IMG/VR virus record: IMGVR_UViG_2634166457_000003
Coordinates: 1 to 18,720 of that record
Reading direction: 5' to 3' (one strand)
DNA length: 18,720 bases
From: a virus
Taxonomy: Duplodnaviria; Heunggongvirae; Uroviricota; Caudoviricetes
Shown: positions 8,818-17,301 of the stretch, piece after piece
Layout: the number at the start of each line of letters is the position of its first letter
How positions within the stretch are numbered: position 1 is the stretch's first letter
Notes under the pieces: generated by a model
The model's input: only the letters and a program-made list of their open reading frames with translations
Databases searched by the model: none
What the model was told of the DNA's origin: nothing
Made by a program: the position numbers and the translations under genes

Positions 8818-8986
8818 TCCAGCATACCACCCACCCCGCCCCACAGAACGCCGGGCAATACTTCGAGTTACCAGGCAGTGGTAAGGGGTTAAGTAGCCAG
8901 CCCGAGGCGTATGAACATGACGGCGGGATTCAAATTTTGCAGTGCAGCAGTTAGTTCCGCCACCCGGCGTTAAGGGGAGAGATAAG

Positions 8987-9121
8987 ATGGTGCATTACGA
9001 AGTAGTTCAGTATTTGATGGATTGTTGCGATATCACTTACAGCCAGGCTGTACAGGCTCTACGCAGCAACGACTGGGACCTCTGGCAGGCAGAAGCCTCT
9101 ATCCGCAACAACAAAATGTGA
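8987..9121 (+). CDS. ydaG: YdaG, 44 aa small protein
   Basis: Not in the six-frame track (under 60 aa). ATG at 8987 follows AAGGGGAGAG; translation MVHYEVVQYLMDCCDITYSQAVQALRSNDWDLWQAEASIRNNKM; matches recalled K-12 YdaG length. Confidence 0.7.
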   Translation: MVHYEVVQYLMDCCDITYSQAVQALRSNDWDLWQAEASIRNNKM

Positions 9122-9131
9122 GGTGCGAAAA

Positions 9132-9287
9132 ATGCAAAAAATCGACCTCGGCAATAACGAATCCCTGGTGTGCGGCGTATTCCCCAACCAGGACGGTACG
9201 TTCACCGCGATGACGTATACCAAAAGCAAAACATTTAAAACCGAAACTGGTGCGCGCCGATGGTTGGAGAAGCACACAGTAAGCTAA
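9132..9287 (+). CDS. ydaF: YdaF, 51 aa small protein
   Basis: Not in the track. ATG at 9132 follows AGGTG; translation MQKIDLGNNESLVCGVFPNQDGTFTAMTYTKSKTFKTETGARRWLEKHTVS; matches recalled K-12 YdaF length. Confidence 0.7.
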   Translation: MQKIDLGNNESLVCGVFPNQDGTFTAMTYTKSKTFKTETGARRWLEKHTVS

Positions 9288-9772
9288 CGATTAAAACGCC
9301 TACTCCTGCTGTTCCAGAATAACTTCATAAAGTGGGAGTATTTTTCGGTGACTAGATAATAAGAACAGTTTGCGCTATCACTCTGATGTTGAATGATGCC
9401 CTTCCGTTCTAATTTTTTCATAACCGGGTTACGGCAAGGAGAAGTGATAATAAGATTTCCTGTTTTAAGGAAATCTTTAAATACAGCGATTTCTTTCTCA
9501 GATAAACGAAGCAATACTCGTTGCTCTGGCAGCAATGAATAATGCTTTTGAATATGTGCTCGCAATCTTGAGAAGGAAATGGCGACCACGAAAGAAAAGG
9601 CAAAAACGATAATCTGAAATAGCCAGGATATTTCAGTATAAGAATTGAATGCGACAGCGAACTCTTTCGGTATCAACCAGAGAGTGAGACCAAAAATGAT
9701 AATCGTGTACATAAGTCTTTCGAGTGGCTCGTTAGCAAAAAGTTTCAACAATGGAGTAAATACATCCAACAT
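9284..9772 (-). CDS. sieB: Superinfection exclusion protein SieB, 162 aa
   Basis: Start trimmed to the internal ATG (MLDVFTPLLKLF...) to give the 162-aa length recalled for K-12 SieB; hydrophobic N-terminal helices. Coordinates follow the track frame. Confidence 0.75.
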   Translation of the reverse strand: MLDVFTPLLKLFANEPLERLMYTIIIFGLTLWLIPKEFAVAFNSYTEISWLFQIIVFAFSFVVAISFSRLRAHIQKHYSLLPEQRVLLRLSEKEIAVFKDFLKTGNLIITSPCRNPVMKKLERKGIIQHQSDSANCSYYLVTEKYSHFMKLFWNSRSRRFNR

Positions 9773-9990
9773 ATCAATAACTCTCGACTGTAAGGGTATT
9801 GAAATGTTAACACAAGCTCTCGCTGTAGGGGTATAGCAGAGACCACCGAAGCCCGGAGGTGGTGAAATAAAACCGGGCACAACACGAAGGCGCATTTCCG
9901 ATATCCATAAAGAGTCGGTCTTGTCTGTTAAATTTAAATGGTGGGAGTGCGCCTCCGGTTGTGGATAACAACACTGCTGTGTGTAGTCTT

Positions 9991-10037
9991 GGCGGCATCA
10001 GTTTTTTCTTGAAGTTCGACTGATGTCCGCCCTTTTT
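9991..10037 (+). terminator. Candidate intrinsic terminator upstream of kilR
   Basis: Imperfect inverted repeat GGCGGCATCAGT ... ACTGATGTCCGCC followed by CTTTTT. Confidence 0.35.
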
Positions 10038-10212
10038 AAAGTGAATTTTGTGATGCGGTGAATGCGGCTAAGCGCACGCGGCACAGTTAAAAGTCATGTT
10101 AGTCCTTATTGGTTTGGGTGGGAAAGCCGACTGTAATTGTTAACTGGTTGCAGTCACCTGGAGGCACCAGGCACCGCATCAACAAAGTTCATTTGTAAAA
10201 ATGGAGATAATT

Positions 10213-10434
10213 ATGATTGCACATCACTTCGGAACTGATGAAATACCACGTCAGTGTGTGACTCCTGGTGACTATGTTCTTCATGAAGGCCGGACATATA
10301 TTGCATCGGCAAACAATATTAAAAAGCGAAAACTTTATATTCGTAACCTGACCACAAAAACATGCATTACTGACTGCATGATTAAAGTCTTCCTCGGTCG
10401 TGATGGTTTACCTGTAAAGGCGGAGTCATGGTGA
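10213..10434 (+). CDS. kilR: Cell-division inhibitor KilR, 73 aa
   Basis: Start trimmed to the second ATG ([14 protein letters not shown]...); matches the recalled K-12 KilR sequence and length. Confidence 0.85.
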   Translation: MIAHHFGTDEIPRQCVTPGDYVLHEGRTYIASANNIKKRKLYIRNLTTKTCITDCMIKVFLGRDGLPVKAESW

Positions 10435-10604
10435 TGACTAAGAAAATAAAATGTGCTTATCACCTTTGCAATAAAGGAATTGAAGAAAGCAAAAGCATTA
10501 AAAGACCACTTCATTTCATGCGTGGAGTTATCCCAACGACGGAAATGAAAAAATATTGTAGTGAAATTTGTGCCGAAAAAGACCAGATGGCACACGAACT
10601 TTAA
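10434..10604 (+). CDS. ydaE: YdaE, 56 aa Cys-rich small protein
   Basis: Not in the track. [15 protein letters not shown]...CSEICAEKDQMAHEL; start overlaps the kilR stop; alternative start at 10428. Confidence 0.7.
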   Translation: MTKKIKCAYHLCNKGIEESKSIKRPLHFMRGVIPTTEMKKYCSEICAEKDQMAHEL

Positions 10605-10677
10605 TTAACTAACTATGCGAAACTGAATTTATGCCAGCAATGGCAGGGATTCGCTCAACCTTAATTAAGGAGAAAAA

Positions 10678-10953
10678 ATGATTACCAATTATGAAGTCAC
10701 TGTTGTAACTACCGATGACATTGTTCACGAGATTAATCTGGAAGGAAAGCGTATTGGCTACGTGATTAAAACAGAAAATAAAGAAACCCCATTCACTGTG
10801 GTTGATATTGACGGCCCATCAGGCAACGTAAAAACACTTGATGAAGGTGTCACAAAAATGAGTCTGGTTCACATCGGAAAGAATCTGCCCGCAGAAAAAA
10901 AAGCCGGATTTCTGGCAACTCTGATTGCAATGAAATTAAAAGGTGAAATCTGA
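10678..10953 (+). CDS. racC: RacC, 91 aa
   Basis: 91 aa; GGAG upstream of the ATG; matches recalled K-12 RacC; immediately upstream of recE. Confidence 0.8.
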   Translation: MITNYEVTVVTTDDIVHEINLEGKRIGYVIKTENKETPFTVVDIDGPSGNVKTLDEGVTKMSLVHIGKNLPAEKKAGFLATLIAMKLKGEI

Positions 10954-11051
10954 AAAAAGAAAGCCTGCACAACGTGCAGGCCTGAGTGAAGAACCTGGGA
11001 CATTTATTCATCACTCGCAGTAATTTTAATCTGAGTTGAGGTTAAAAAACA

Positions 11052-14000
11052 ATGAGCACAAAACCACTCTTCCTTTTACGGAAAGCGAAAAAATCATCCG
11101 GTGAGCCTGACGTCGTCCTGTGGGCAAGCGACGATTTTGAATCAACCTGTGCCACTCTGGACTACCTGATCGTTAAGTCAGGTAAAAAACTGAGCAACTA
11201 TTTTAAAGCTGTTGCCACGAGTTTTCCTGTCGTTAATGACCTGCCCCCTGAAGGTGAGATCGATTTTACCTGGAGTGAACGCTATCAACTCAGCAAAGAC
11301 TCCATGACCTGGGAACTAAAACCGGGAGCAGCGCCAGACGACGTTCACCACCAGGATAATGCTCAGGAAACCAAAGAACTGGCGGGAGGCCAGGAAGAAA
11401 ACGCGCAGGCAGACGCCCACGGGGATTGCCAGGATTGCGAAGTCTCTGTAGCCACTTTGCGGTTCACACAGCGTCTTCTTCACATTTTTACGTATGCGGC
11501 CGGGGATCGGAAATACCTGCATCATGCTACCCGTGAACAACGCGAACACATTACTGCTCTTGAGATGGACCAGGAAAACAGCTATGTCCAGAATCTGCTG
11601 TTGGCCATACGCGGCATGGCAGAACCGACAACTCTGGATAATGCCGCCCTGCTCCGCCTGACTGATGCAATTAAGGCAGTTTTCTCTATCACGAAAAAAC
11701 ATCAGCCCTATGAATTTAAGAATTTCATTTCAGCCTGGCTGGATACCGAACACATTGATCGTGGTCTTCTGACAAAAGAATGGAGGAAAGGGAATCGTGT
11801 TTCACGCATCACTCGCACGGCTTCCGGTGCTAATGCTGGCGGCGGGAACCTCACCGATCGCGGCGAAGATTTCGTCCACGATCTGACGTCACTGGCACGC
11901 GATGTAGCCACTGGCGTACTGGCCCGTTCAATGGACGTGGACATCTATAACCTTCATCCGGCACACGCTAAACGCATTGAGGAAATTATCGCTGAAAATA
12001 AACCGCCCTTTTCTGTTTTCCGCGACAAATTCATCACCATGCCTGGCGGGCTGGATTATTCCCGCGCCATCGTGGTTGCGTCCGTAAAAGAAGCACCAAT
12101 TGGGATCGAGGTCATCCCCGCGCACGTCACTGAATATCTGAACAAAGTACTGACTGAAACCGATCATGCAAACCCTGATCCGGAAATCGTGGATATTGCC
12201 TGCGGTCGCTCCTCTGCCCCGATGCCGCAGCGAGTAACAGAAGAAGGAAAACAGGATGATGAAGAAAAACCGCAACCATCTTGCGCAATGGCAAATGAAC
12301 AGGCAACGGCTGAAACAATGGAACCGGACGCAACTGAACATCATCAGGACACGCAGCCGCTGGATGCTCAGTCACAGGTAAATTCTGCTGATGCGAAATA
12401 TCAGGAACTGCGGGCAGAACTCCATGAAGCCCGGAAAAACATTCCATCAAAAAATCCTGTCGATGCCGACAAATTGCTGGCTGCCTCGCGTGGTGAGTTC
12501 GTTGAAGGGATTAGCGACCCGAACGATCCGAAATGGGTAAAGGGGATCCAGACTCGCGACTCTGTGTACCAGAACCAGCCAGAAACGAAACAAAACACGC
12601 CAGAAACTGTAAAAACCAGCCCGGATGTGAAACAACCTGAGCCAGTAGTGCAACAGAAACCGGAAATAGTCTGCAATGCCTGCGGTCAGACTGGCGGGGA
12701 TAACTGCCCTGACTGTGGTGCGGTGATGGGCGACGCAACATACCAGGAAACATTCGATGAAGAGAATCAGGTTGAAGCTAAGGAAAATGATCCGGAGGAA
12801 ATGGAAGGCGCTGAACATCCGCACAAGGAGAACGCTGGCAACCATCCGCATCACGATTGCAGTGATGAAACTGGTGAAGCGTCAGCTCATGTAGCAACTG
12901 AAATCATGTGGCCGTCATATTTCGAGCCTGGCCGCTATGAAAACCTCCCGAACGAGGTTTATCACTCCGCCAACGGAATAAGCAGCACAATGCTGAAGGA
13001 TGCCCGCATCAGTCTGATGTATTACCACGGGCGGCACATTGCCGGAACTATTCCGAACGAGGAAAGTGATGCATTGCTGCGTGGGCGGATCATTCACAGC
13101 TATGTTCTGGAAACGGATAAATTCGCTGATGAATATGCCATTCCGGTACCGGTTCCTGAATATGTGGTTACTACTTCTAACGAGCTGATCACCATCATTA
13201 AAAAACACAATGCCAGTCTGCCATCACTGATGACACCAGAGCAGATGAAAGAGTGGATCGAAAGCTACAACAGCACTCTTATACAGCCACTGTCGGTAAG
13301 CGCTGGGGCCGAAGAAACAGGCATCCTTTACGGTTCGCTTCCGGAGGAATTTCGGCGTATTCCTGAGGGGGAAAAACACACAGCATCAGCAATGAAAGCC
13401 TGTATTAAAGAATACAACGCAAGCCTCCCTCCTCTGCTGAAAACCAGTGGAACACGGGAGCAGCTTCTGGAGCAAATTGAAACTGTAGATCCAGAACTGG
13501 CAAAAAAAGAACGTGCTAAATCGTTGCCTTACAACATCAGTGGCACAAAAGAGCAATTAACCGAAATCGCCCGGAAAATTCGCCCGGAACTGGTAACACT
13601 GGAGGACTGGCAAAAACGCCAGCAAGAAGAAAATGCAGGAAAAACGTTTATCAGTCCAGATATGTATGAACAGGCAAAAAATATTCACGTGGCACTGCAA
13701 AACAATACTGACGCGGCAAGACTACTCAACCACCCGGATCGCAAATCTGAAATCAGCTATTTCGGGTTTGATGAAGAAACCGGGCTGGAAATCAGGGTCC
13801 GCCCTGATATCGAAATCCGACTGCCATACGAAAGCATCTGCGCCGACGTGAAATCAGTAAGCCTCGGTTATGTGCGGCAAGAACGACTAAAAGATCGCTT
13901 ACACCGTGAAATTATTGAACGTGATTATCACCTGAGCGCCGCAATGTACTGCGATGTGGCAAACTTGGACAAATTTTTCTGGATCTTCGTCAACAAAGAT

Positions 14001-14063
14001 GCTGGCTATCACTGGGTGGCTGTCGTGGAAGCCTCGCAGGAACTCCTGGAACTTGGTCGATAG
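11052..14063 (+). CDS. recE: RecE-like exodeoxyribonuclease VIII, 1003 aa as read; ends at an in-frame amber codon with the frame open to 14195
   Basis: N-terminal roughly 600 aa match the recalled K-12 RecE ([26 protein letters not shown]...); the C-terminal domain carries PD-(D/E)xK-like motifs ([13 protein letters not shown]). TAG at 14061-14063 is followed by 43 sense codons in the same frame up to TGA 14193-14195. Confidence 0.8.
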   Translation: MSTKPLFLLRKAKKSSGEPDVVLWASDDFESTCATLDYLIVKSGKKLSNYFKAVATSFPVVNDLPPEGEIDFTWSERYQLSKDSMTWELKPGAAPDDVHHQDNAQETKELAGGQEENAQADAHGDCQDCEVSVATLRFTQRLLHIFTYAAGDRKYLHHATREQREHITALEMDQENSYVQNLLLAIRGMAEPTTLDNAALLRLTDAIKAVFSITKKHQPYEFKNFISAWLDTEHIDRGLLTKEWRKGNRVSRITRTASGANAGGGNLTDRGEDFVHDLTSLARDVATGVLARSMDVDIYNLHPAHAKRIEEIIAENKPPFSVFRDKFITMPGGLDYSRAIVVASVKEAPIGIEVIPAHVTEYLNKVLTETDHANPDPEIVDIACGRSSAPMPQRVTEEGKQDDEEKPQPSCAMANEQATAETMEPDATEHHQDTQPLDAQSQVNSADAKYQELRAELHEARKNIPSKNPVDADKLLAASRGEFVEGISDPNDPKWVKGIQTRDSVYQNQPETKQNTPETVKTSPDVKQPEPVVQQKPEIVCNACGQTGGDNCPDCGAVMGDATYQETFDEENQVEAKENDPEEMEGAEHPHKENAGNHPHHDCSDETGEASAHVATEIMWPSYFEPGRYENLPNEVYHSANGISSTMLKDARISLMYYHGRHIAGTIPNEESDALLRGRIIHSYVLETDKFADEYAIPVPVPEYVVTTSNELITIIKKHNASLPSLMTPEQMKEWIESYNSTLIQPLSVSAGAEETGILYGSLPEEFRRIPEGEKHTASAMKACIKEYNASLPPLLKTSGTREQLLEQIETVDPELAKKERAKSLPYNISGTKEQLTEIARKIRPELVTLEDWQKRQQEENAGKTFISPDMYEQAKNIHVALQNNTDAARLLNHPDRKSEISYFGFDEETGLEIRVRPDIEIRLPYESICADVKSVSLGYVRQERLKDRLHREIIERDYHLSAAMYCDVANLDKFFWIFVNKDAGYHWVAVVEASQELLELGR

Positions 14064-14206
14064 GAATATCGCCGGACGCTACGACAGATAAACGAAGCGC
14101 TGGAGACAAACAACTGGCCAGCACCGATTACCGAAAGTTATACCGACGAATTAAACGACTTTGATCTTCGTCGTCTTGAAGCACTGAGCATCTGAGGAAG
14201 GACACA

Positions 14207-15259
14207 ATGAACGAATTAACTCAACAAGAAAATATTAACTCTAATGTTGCAGTTTTCAGCCCTCAGTCTCTGGCTGCAATTCAGACGTTTTCTCAGGTAA
14301 TGGCTTCCGGCATGGCTACTGTACCGGAACACCTCCGAGGAAATCCATCAGACTGCATGGCCATCACCATGCAGGCGATGCAGTGGCAAATGAACCCTTA
14401 CGCAGTAGCTCAGAAAACTTTCGTTGTGAATGGTGTGCTCGGATATGAAGCGCAACTGGTTAATGCCGTAATCAGTACTCGTGGGCCGCTAACCGGGCGT
14501 ATTGAATATGACTGGTTCGGGCCGTGGGAAAAAATTATCGGGAAATTTGAAATCAGGAAGAACGACAAAGGGAAAGAATATCGTGTACCTGGCTGGAAGC
14601 TGGCCGATGAAAACGGGATCGGAGTTCGCGTCCAGGCAACACTACGCGGAGAGAGCAAACCACGCGTACTGGAGTTACTTCTGGCGCAGGCCAGAACACG
14701 TAACTCAACGTTATGGGCCGATGATCCTCGTCAGCAGCTTGCCTATCTGGCACTGAAACGCTGGGCGCGCCTTTATTGCCCTGAAGTGATTCTTGGAGTG
14801 TACACCCGGGACGAACTGGACGAACCACAGGAAAAAATCATTAATCCGGTTCAGGAACATAAAAACACATCCGCCTGCCGTGCGGAACGTGAAACAACAA
14901 TTATTGAGCAGGATGCAGGGGAAAACTGGATCAGTGCTTTCCGTGAACGTATTGAGCAGGCACAAAGCACCGGAGAAACAACAGCACTTCGGCAGGAAGT
15001 GGAAGAGCATAAAAATACACTTGGCGCTCTCTATACGGAACTTAAAGGAAAAGTGGTTCAGCGTCATCACCGTCTCAATGCTATTGCCCGTATTGAGAAG
15101 ATGATAAATGACCTGCCTTCATCAGGTGATCCGGAAGCAGAACAAAAATTTACTGCTCTGGAAAATGCGTTGAATGCTGCACGACCACATCTGGGAGAAT
15201 TATATGAGGCGTATAAAACGACACTGACAGATATGAAACCAGAATATATCGGCTCCTGA
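14207..15259 (+). CDS. Single-strand annealing protein of the Red-beta/RecT superfamily, 350 aa (not K-12 RecT)
   Basis: Sits in the recT position after recE; GAGGAAGG upstream of the ATG. Segments MNPYAVAQKTFVVNGVLGYEAQLVNAVI and WADDPRQQLAYLALKRWARLY resemble the Red-beta core, while the overall sequence differs from the recalled K-12 RecT. Confidence 0.7.
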   Translation: MNELTQQENINSNVAVFSPQSLAAIQTFSQVMASGMATVPEHLRGNPSDCMAITMQAMQWQMNPYAVAQKTFVVNGVLGYEAQLVNAVISTRGPLTGRIEYDWFGPWEKIIGKFEIRKNDKGKEYRVPGWKLADENGIGVRVQATLRGESKPRVLELLLAQARTRNSTLWADDPRQQLAYLALKRWARLYCPEVILGVYTRDELDEPQEKIINPVQEHKNTSACRAERETTIIEQDAGENWISAFRERIEQAQSTGETTALRQEVEEHKNTLGALYTELKGKVVQRHHRLNAIARIEKMINDLPSSGDPEAEQKFTALENALNAARPHLGELYEAYKTTLTDMKPEYIGS

Positions 15260-15322
15260 TATTTACTATGGCGGCGTAGCCTCACCGCCATAACAAAACT
15301 TTATTTTATGAGAGAAAATACA

Positions 15323-15517
15323 ATGCGGTATGAAAAAGTCAAACCATGTCCATTTTGTGGTTGTTCATCAGTAACGGTGAAAGCCATTTCAGGATATTAC
15401 CGAGCGAAGTGTAACGGATGCGAATCCCGAACCGGCTATGGTGGAAGTGAAAAAGAAGCACTCGAACGATGGAATAAACGAACCTCTGGAAATAATAATG
15501 GAGGTGTTCATATATAA
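15323..15517 (+). CDS. ralR: RalR (Lar), 64 aa; type I toxin with DNase activity and restriction-alleviation role
   Basis: Start trimmed to MRYEKVKPCPFCG...; Cys-rich motif CPFCGC...CNGC; matches the recalled K-12 RalR sequence and length. Confidence 0.85.
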   Translation: MRYEKVKPCPFCGCSSVTVKAISGYYRAKCNGCESRTGYGGSEKEALERWNKRTSGNNNGGVHI

Positions 15518-15698
15518 AATTACCGCCACTATTGAAAAGGAAGGAGGCACTCCTACTAACTGGACAAGATATTCAAAATCTAAACTAACGAAATCAGAAT
15601 GCGAAAAAATGCTCTCAGGTAAAAAAGAAGCAGGCGTTTCCAGAGAGCAGAAAGTAAAACTGATAAATTTTAATTGCGAGAAACTTCAGTCCTCATGA
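15498..15698 (+). CDS. ydaC: YdaC-like small protein, about 66 aa
   Basis: ORF overlapping the ralR 3' end in another frame; start uncertain (ATG at 15498 or 15438, neither with a clear Shine-Dalgarno); position matches ydaC of K-12 Rac. Confidence 0.5.
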   Translation: MEVFIYKITATIEKEGGTPTNWTRYSKSKLTKSECEKMLSGKKEAGVSREQKVKLINFNCEKLQSS

Positions 15699-15797
15699 AT
15701 TGCATTGTATTCAAATTAAAACTTCATAGCTGATTATTAATAATCAACATCGGGCGTCAATTTCAGTCTAACATTGGCGCCTGCCAGAGGTGATGCG

Positions 15798-16013
15798 ATG
15801 GCACAAGTAATCTTTAATGAAGAGTGGATGGTTGAATACGGCCTGATGCTTCGCACTGGTCTGGGTGCCAGACAAATTGAAGCATACCGCCAGAACTGTT
15901 GGGTGGAAGGCTTCCACTTCAAACGAGTATCTCCTTTAGGGAAGCCAGACAGTAAGCGAGGGATTATCTGGTACAACTATCCGAAGATAAATCAGTTTAT
16001 CAAAGACTCATGA
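15798..16013 (+). CDS. xisR: Excisionase XisR (YdaQ), 71 aa
   Basis: Start trimmed to ATG at 15798 ([12 protein letters not shown]...), since the track ORF begins on TTG; ends 1 nt before the integrase start; matches recalled K-12 YdaQ. Confidence 0.85.
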   Translation: MAQVIFNEEWMVEYGLMLRTGLGARQIEAYRQNCWVEGFHFKRVSPLGKPDSKRGIIWYNYPKINQFIKDS

Positions 16014-16014
16014 T

Positions 16015-17250
16015 ATGTCTAAATTACCAACAGGTGTCGAGATTCGAGGTAAATACATTCGCATCTGGTTCATGTTTCGAGGAAAACGATGTCGGGAAAC
16101 ATTGAAAGGCTGGGAGATTACTAACAGTAACATTAAAAAGGCCGGGAATTTAAGAGCGTTGATAGTTCATGAAATCAGTTCCGGTGAATTTGAGTATTTA
16201 AGACGTTTTCCCCAGTCCAGCACTGGGGCAAAAATGGTGACAACGAGGGTCATAAAAACATTCGGGGAGCTTTGTGATATCTGGACAAAAATTAAAGAGA
16301 CAGAGTTAACAACAAACACAATGAAGAAAACGAAATCACAATTAAAAACACTCAGGATAATAATTTGTGAGAGTACCCCGATATCGCATATTCGTTATAG
16401 CGATATCTTAAACTACCGGAATGAACTGCTGCATGGAGAAACGCTTTACCTGGATAATCCAAGATCCAACAAAAAAGGAAGAACCGTGCGCACAGTTGAT
16501 AACTATATCGCCCTGCTCTGTTCGCTGTTACGTTTTGCGTATCAGTCGGGATTTATATCAACCAAACCATTTGAAGGAGTAAAAAAATTACAGCGAAACA
16601 GAATAAAGCCTGATCCGTTATCTAAAACAGAATTCAATGCATTAATGGAAAGTGAAAAAGGACAGAGCCAGAACTTGTGGAAATTTGCCGTTTACTCAGG
16701 ACTTCGTCACGGGGAACTGGCAGCTCTGGCGTGGGAGGATGTGGATCTCGAAAAGGGAATAGTGAATGTCAGAAGGAACCTGACGATACTTGATATGTTC
16801 GGTCCCCCAAAAACAAATGCCGGGATCCGGACAGTAACACTACTGCAGCCTGCTCTTGAAGCACTGAAGGAGCAATACAAACTGACCGGACATCATCGCA
16901 AAAGCGAAATCACCTTTTATCATCGGGAGTACGGCAGAACCGAAAAGCAAAAACTGCATTTTGTTTTCATGCCCAGGGTGTGTAACGGAAAACAAAAACC
17001 TTATTACTCGGTAAGCAGTTTGGGGGCAAGGTGGAATGCAGCAGTAAAACGTGCTGGTATTCGCCGCCGTAATCCGTACCATACGCGGCATACTTTTGCC
17101 TGCTGGCTGTTGACGGCAGGAGCGAACCCGGCATTTATAGCCAGCCAAATGGGGCATGAAACTGCGCAGATGGTGTATGAAATTTACGGTATGTGGATTG
17201 ATGACATGAACGACGAACAGATAGCCATGTTGAATGCGCGGTTATCGTAG
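16015..17250 (+). CDS. intR: Tyrosine-recombinase integrase IntR, 411 aa
   Basis: 411 aa; C-terminal catalytic region with an HTRHTFA motif (HxxR); adjacent to xis and to the host ttcA. Confidence 0.9.
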   Translation: MSKLPTGVEIRGKYIRIWFMFRGKRCRETLKGWEITNSNIKKAGNLRALIVHEISSGEFEYLRRFPQSSTGAKMVTTRVIKTFGELCDIWTKIKETELTTNTMKKTKSQLKTLRIIICESTPISHIRYSDILNYRNELLHGETLYLDNPRSNKKGRTVRTVDNYIALLCSLLRFAYQSGFISTKPFEGVKKLQRNRIKPDPLSKTEFNALMESEKGQSQNLWKFAVYSGLRHGELAALAWEDVDLEKGIVNVRRNLTILDMFGPPKTNAGIRTVTLLQPALEALKEQYKLTGHHRKSEITFYHREYGRTEKQKLHFVFMPRVCNGKQKPYYSVSSLGARWNAAVKRAGIRRRNPYHTRHTFACWLLTAGANPAFIASQMGHETAQMVYEIYGMWIDDMNDEQIAMLNARLS

Positions 17251-17301
17251 TTGCAAAGTTTGCCCCCAATTTGCCCCATTTAGTACCAGAGAACTTAAAT
17301 A

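Noticed and set aside
9022-9277. Track ORFs 9022..9213 (+) and 9059..9277 (-)
   Set aside because: Superseded by the two short + strand genes ydaG and ydaF, which have Shine-Dalgarno sequences and match the recalled K-12 Rac proteins.
9807-9998. Minus-strand 63-aa ORF upstream of sieB
   Set aside because: No Shine-Dalgarno, overlaps the alternative-start extension of sieB, and has a Pro/Gly-rich unstructured translation; the region more likely holds the sieB promoter and a terminator-like hairpin.
11316-12854. Several minus-strand ORFs of 78-138 aa (11316..11702, 11708..11944, 11928..12344, 12127..12450, 12401..12676, 12447..12854, 12511..12753)
   Set aside because: All lie antisense inside the long recE-like gene, lack ribosome-binding sites and have low-complexity translations; read as chance frames.
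14064-14195. Separate small gene between recE and the annealase
   Set aside because: This segment is in-frame with recE and has no start codon or ribosome-binding site of its own; it is the displaced C-terminus of recE after the amber codon.
88-16013. Long N-terminal extensions of track ORFs (88..750, 2394..2612, 4930..5742, 9284..9895, 10201..10434, 15308..15517, 15774..16013)
   Set aside because: The track calls the most upstream start including TTG/GTG; internal ATG/GTG starts with ribosome-binding sites, matching the expected protein lengths, were preferred.
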